A stretch of 25,979 nucleotides of DNA from a virus (lineage: Duplodnaviria; Caudoviricetes): the IMG/VR virus record IMGVR_UViG_3300027751_000058, positions 1 through 25,979 of that record; one strand, given 5' to 3'. The notes beneath the pieces were generated by a model. The model did not search any database and was not told where the DNA came from. It saw only the letters and a program-made list of their open reading frames with translations. The translations under genes were made by a program, and so were the position numbers. This document shows positions 23,563-25,979 of this stretch, piece after piece. Position 1 is the first letter of the stretch. Every line of letters begins with the position of its first letter.

Positions 23563-23712
23563 ATGCCAGATATATCAATGTGCGAAGGCGAAGGATGCGA
23601 GGCAAAGCATACTTGCTATCGTTTCACAGCAAAGCCGTCTGAATACCAATCATACTTTAAGCCCACGCCTATAAAAGATAATGGCTGTGAGTATTACTGG
23701 AATACAAACTAA
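23563..23712 (+). CDS. Small Cys-rich protein, 49 aa
   Basis: Not in the track. MPDISMCEGEGCEAKHTCYRFTAKPSEYQSYFKPTPIKDNGCEYYWNTN; its stop lies within motif copy 9. Confidence 0.8.
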   Translation: MPDISMCEGEGCEAKHTCYRFTAKPSEYQSYFKPTPIKDNGCEYYWNTN

Positions 23713-23736
23713 ATACGAATACAAATCGATAATATA
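23703..23736 (+). promoter_or_regulatory. Conserved 34-bp motif copy 9
   Basis: TACAAACTAAATACGAATACAAATCGATAATATA. Confidence 0.8.
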
Positions 23737-23749
23737 ATAAATTAAAACT

Positions 23750-23974
23750 ATGAGCAATATAATTGAAAAAGTCCTAGTGGACTCTGAGTGCATCCATCGT
23801 GCAAAGTACAACAACGTGACTAAAAGACTAACGTTATTTTATAAAAGTGGTGGTGTGTACGACTATGAAAGAATACCTAGATTTTACTGGGCTGGTTTAT
23901 TTAATGCCAATTCTAAAGGTGAATTTATTAACGCCAACATAATTGGTAAATGGCAATATAATAAAGTAGGTTAA
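23750..23974 (+). CDS. KTSC domain protein
   Basis: V.S..I....Y......L...Y.SG.VY.Y..IP......L..A.SKG.FIN..I signature. Confidence 0.85.
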   Translation: MSNIIEKVLVDSECIHRAKYNNVTKRLTLFYKSGGVYDYERIPRFYWAGLFNANSKGEFINANIIGKWQYNKVG

Positions 23975-24258
23975 TGACTGAAGATGAAATTGAACAGTTA
24001 GCGGTAAGAGTTGCTGACCTCGTTATGATCGGCTTAATTGAAAAGCAGAAAGAATGGGATCAGCAGTTCACCACTGACGTAAACCAAATGTTTGCAGGTA
24101 CTAATGCTGAACTTGTTAATGAGGAAGAATTGTTACTCGCTGAGTTAGCTAGGCTAATGACGTTATTAACGGCTTATGAAGAAAACGAGCAGTATGAAAA
24201 AGCTGCAATAGTAAATAATAAAATACAAAAAATACAAAATAAATTAAGTAAATTATGA
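23974..24258 (+). CDS. Helical protein with a C-terminal UVR (UvrB/C)-like motif
   Basis: YEENEQYEKAAIVNNKI. Confidence 0.6.
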   Translation: MTEDEIEQLAVRVADLVMIGLIEKQKEWDQQFTTDVNQMFAGTNAELVNEEELLLAELARLMTLLTAYEENEQYEKAAIVNNKIQKIQNKLSKL

Positions 24259-25082
24259 TAAAACCAATGCTCGCATACAAAGTAGACAAAAAACCTGTCG
24301 ACTGGTCCGAGAAAATATTCATGCAGCCTAAGCTTGACGGCGTACGTTGTGTAATTTCTAAAGACGGTGCATTCTCGCGTACAGGTAAACCATGGCTAAA
24401 CATTGATCACATACTTGAAAACTTAAAACCAGTATTCGAAAAATACCCTGAACTTATACTTGACGGCGAATTATACAATCACGAATTAAAAAATGATTTC
24501 GAAAAAATTATCTCATTAGTTCGTAAGACTAAGCCACAAGCTAGCGATAGAGTTGAATCAGCAGCTTACGTACAATTTCATTGCTATGACTTTGTAGATA
24601 CTAATCTTACATTTGAAAAGCGATGGAACTTTTTATCCCTTGCACCATTGTATTCTTATTGTGTTAAGTATGTATCAACACATATTGTTGAAAGCGCTTT
24701 AAACACACATATATTACACGATGCAAACTTAACTAAAGGCTACGAAGGCTCGATCTTGCGTCTTAACGGTGTTTACGAATGTAAACGTTCTTATAACTTA
24801 CAAAAGTTTAAAGACTTTCACGATACCGAAGCGACAATAGTAGGCTATGTACCCGGTAAAGGTAAGTTTACTGGCTTAATCGGTAAGTTTCTAATGCGCG
24901 ACGACGACGGCATTGAGTTCGGCTGCCCTATCGGCAAAGGCTATAACTTCCAAGATCGCCGTAACATTCTAGACAATGTACATGACTACATCGGCAAGCG
25001 TGCTACGTTCACATATTTTGAGCGTACAAAAGCTAATAGCTATCGTCATCCTTTGTATAAAACACTACGTAACTATGAGTAA
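24255..25082 (+). CDS. lig: Minimal ATP-dependent DNA ligase
   Basis: PKLDGVRC, LDGELY, FHCYD, YEGSILR and LQKFK motifs plus an OB-fold C-terminus. Confidence 0.93.
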   Translation: MIKPMLAYKVDKKPVDWSEKIFMQPKLDGVRCVISKDGAFSRTGKPWLNIDHILENLKPVFEKYPELILDGELYNHELKNDFEKIISLVRKTKPQASDRVESAAYVQFHCYDFVDTNLTFEKRWNFLSLAPLYSYCVKYVSTHIVESALNTHILHDANLTKGYEGSILRLNGVYECKRSYNLQKFKDFHDTEATIVGYVPGKGKFTGLIGKFLMRDDDGIEFGCPIGKGYNFQDRRNILDNVHDYIGKRATFTYFERTKANSYRHPLYKTLRNYE

Positions 25083-25218
25083 ACCAACCATTAAGTGCAG
25101 CAGGTGTGGGGAAACATTCAATGGTGGATTTGAATATAGAATGCATTTTGATAAGCACTTAGATGAATGGTATGAATCGGAAGACAAAGATGAATATATA
25201 AAACGGACAACAATATGA
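25075..25218 (+). CDS. Small C2H2 zinc-finger protein, 47 aa
   Basis: CSRCGETF......RMHFDKH (C-x2-C-x12-H-x3-H); start moved to ATG 25075. Confidence 0.7.
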   Translation: MSKPTIKCSRCGETFNGGFEYRMHFDKHLDEWYESEDKDEYIKRTTI

Positions 25219-25322
25219 GTAAGCTAATATGGAAACTATACAACGAAAATATGATAAGCGAAGAAGTCGCTCACCTGTTATTAGACAAACATTATAATAG
25301 AGTTAACAACAAAAGATTTTAA
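25215..25322 (+). CDS. Small hypothetical peptide, 35 aa
   Basis: MSKLIWKLYNENMISEEVAHLLLDKHYNRVNNKRF; ATGA and TAATG overlaps. Confidence 0.65.
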   Translation: MSKLIWKLYNENMISEEVAHLLLDKHYNRVNNKRF

Positions 25323-25813
25323 TGAATATATTTTATTTACACCCAGACCCAGCTAAAGCGGCTAGTTTCTTTTACGACAAGCACAAAGTCAAAATGATTT
25401 TGGAATCAGCGCAAATGCTATGCACGGCTCACCACGTATACAACAACGGTGATAATGTTCCATACAAAAAAGCGCACCTTAATCATCCGAGTACCATATG
25501 GGTACGCGATAGCATACACCACTACAATTGGCTGTATGATCACATGCTTGCATTAGGCAAAGAGTATACGTCTAGATACAATAAGCACCATCTAAGTATT
25601 GCAAAGTGCCGTGATGTCTTATTGTGGCCACCGGATGGCATGCCTGATAACGGATTCGTCGAGCCTCCTCAATGTATGCCTGACGAATATAAAGAAGCTA
25701 GTAGCTTAGCTGCATACTGGAATTATTATGAACAAGATAAACATAAAGTAAAAAATAAAAATGAGCAAAAAATTGTACGACCACATTATATCAACGAATT
25801 ATGCGAACATTAA
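25322..25813 (+). CDS. Pyrimidine-dimer DNA glycosylase (DenV)-related phage protein
   Basis: MNIFYL.....DKH.VKM.LESAQML.TAH...HP.T.W...PPQCMPDEYK family pattern. Confidence 0.7.
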   Translation: MNIFYLHPDPAKAASFFYDKHKVKMILESAQMLCTAHHVYNNGDNVPYKKAHLNHPSTIWVRDSIHHYNWLYDHMLALGKEYTSRYNKHHLSIAKCRDVLLWPPDGMPDNGFVEPPQCMPDEYKEASSLAAYWNYYEQDKHKVKNKNEQKIVRPHYINELCEH

Positions 25814-25979
25814 TACAAAAATTAAAAAAGCAACGAAGAAAAGCGGAGCACATAAAATTTCTGGAAAGCAGAATAGCGTTTCTACACAACGAAATAGTTA
25901 AAGCAGCTTTTCAAAGCGAATATAGTTTTAATAAAAACATAACTATTTTTGGTGGCAATATAGAAAATAAAGCAAAGCT
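25801..25979 (+). CDS. Partial hypothetical protein (runs off the window)
   Basis: MRTLIQKLKKQRRKAEHIKFLESRIAFLHNEIV... stays open to the edge. Confidence 0.55.
   Translation, partial: MRTLIQKLKKQRRKAEHIKFLESRIAFLHNEIVKAAFQSEYSFNKNITIFGGNIENKAK

Noticed and set aside
23543-23676. Duplicated 12-mer ACGCCTATAAAA
   Set aside because: Only two copies, one inside a coding region; not distinguishable from chance or local duplication.
16449-23736. 34-bp repeats as a CRISPR array
   Set aside because: Spacing ranges from about 230 to 2000 bp, the intervals hold whole genes, the repeat has variable internal positions, and there are no cas genes.
19012-24403. Minus-strand ORFs 19012..19200, 21023..21214, 22563..22754 and 24149..24403
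   Set aside because: Antisense to tiled plus-strand early genes; no supporting motifs.
1-25979. Stop-codon reassignment
   Set aside because: Long conserved genes are intact under the standard code; TAA, TAG and TGA all end tiled genes, and the short early ORFs have their own coupled starts.

Overview
This window is a fragment of an AT-rich tailed dsDNA phage genome. A Bacteroidota (Flavobacteria-like) host is inferred from the absence of Shine-Dalgarno motifs, A-rich leaders and the gene families. There are two divergent arms. Left arm (1-16035, minus strand): late/morphogenesis genes, namely the terminase large subunit (partial) and probable small subunit, a GroES-like protein, a holin, basic virion-type proteins, a GroES-GroEL pair, four tail fibre/appendage proteins and a small HNH-like protein. 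Hinge (about 16040-16500): non-coding, with a dyad site and GACCAG repeats, a candidate terminus/pac/origin region. Right arm (16507-25979, plus strand): about 35 mostly tiny early genes, divided by nine copies of a 34-bp motif, TACA-N7-TACGA-N8-CGATAATATA (putative phage early promoter). The most striking feature is 21251-21696, a roughly 450-nt gap-free array of five predicted structured RNAs behind a TraR/DksA-like zinc-finger gene. It includes a 78-nt 'mini-tmRNA' (tRNA-like domain only, G3:U70, no tag ORF) and a second tRNA-like RNA. These alternate with three non-tRNA folds, suggesting a tRNA-punctuated polycistron of decoy/mimic RNAs. All structures and family calls were made by eye, without searches or folding software.
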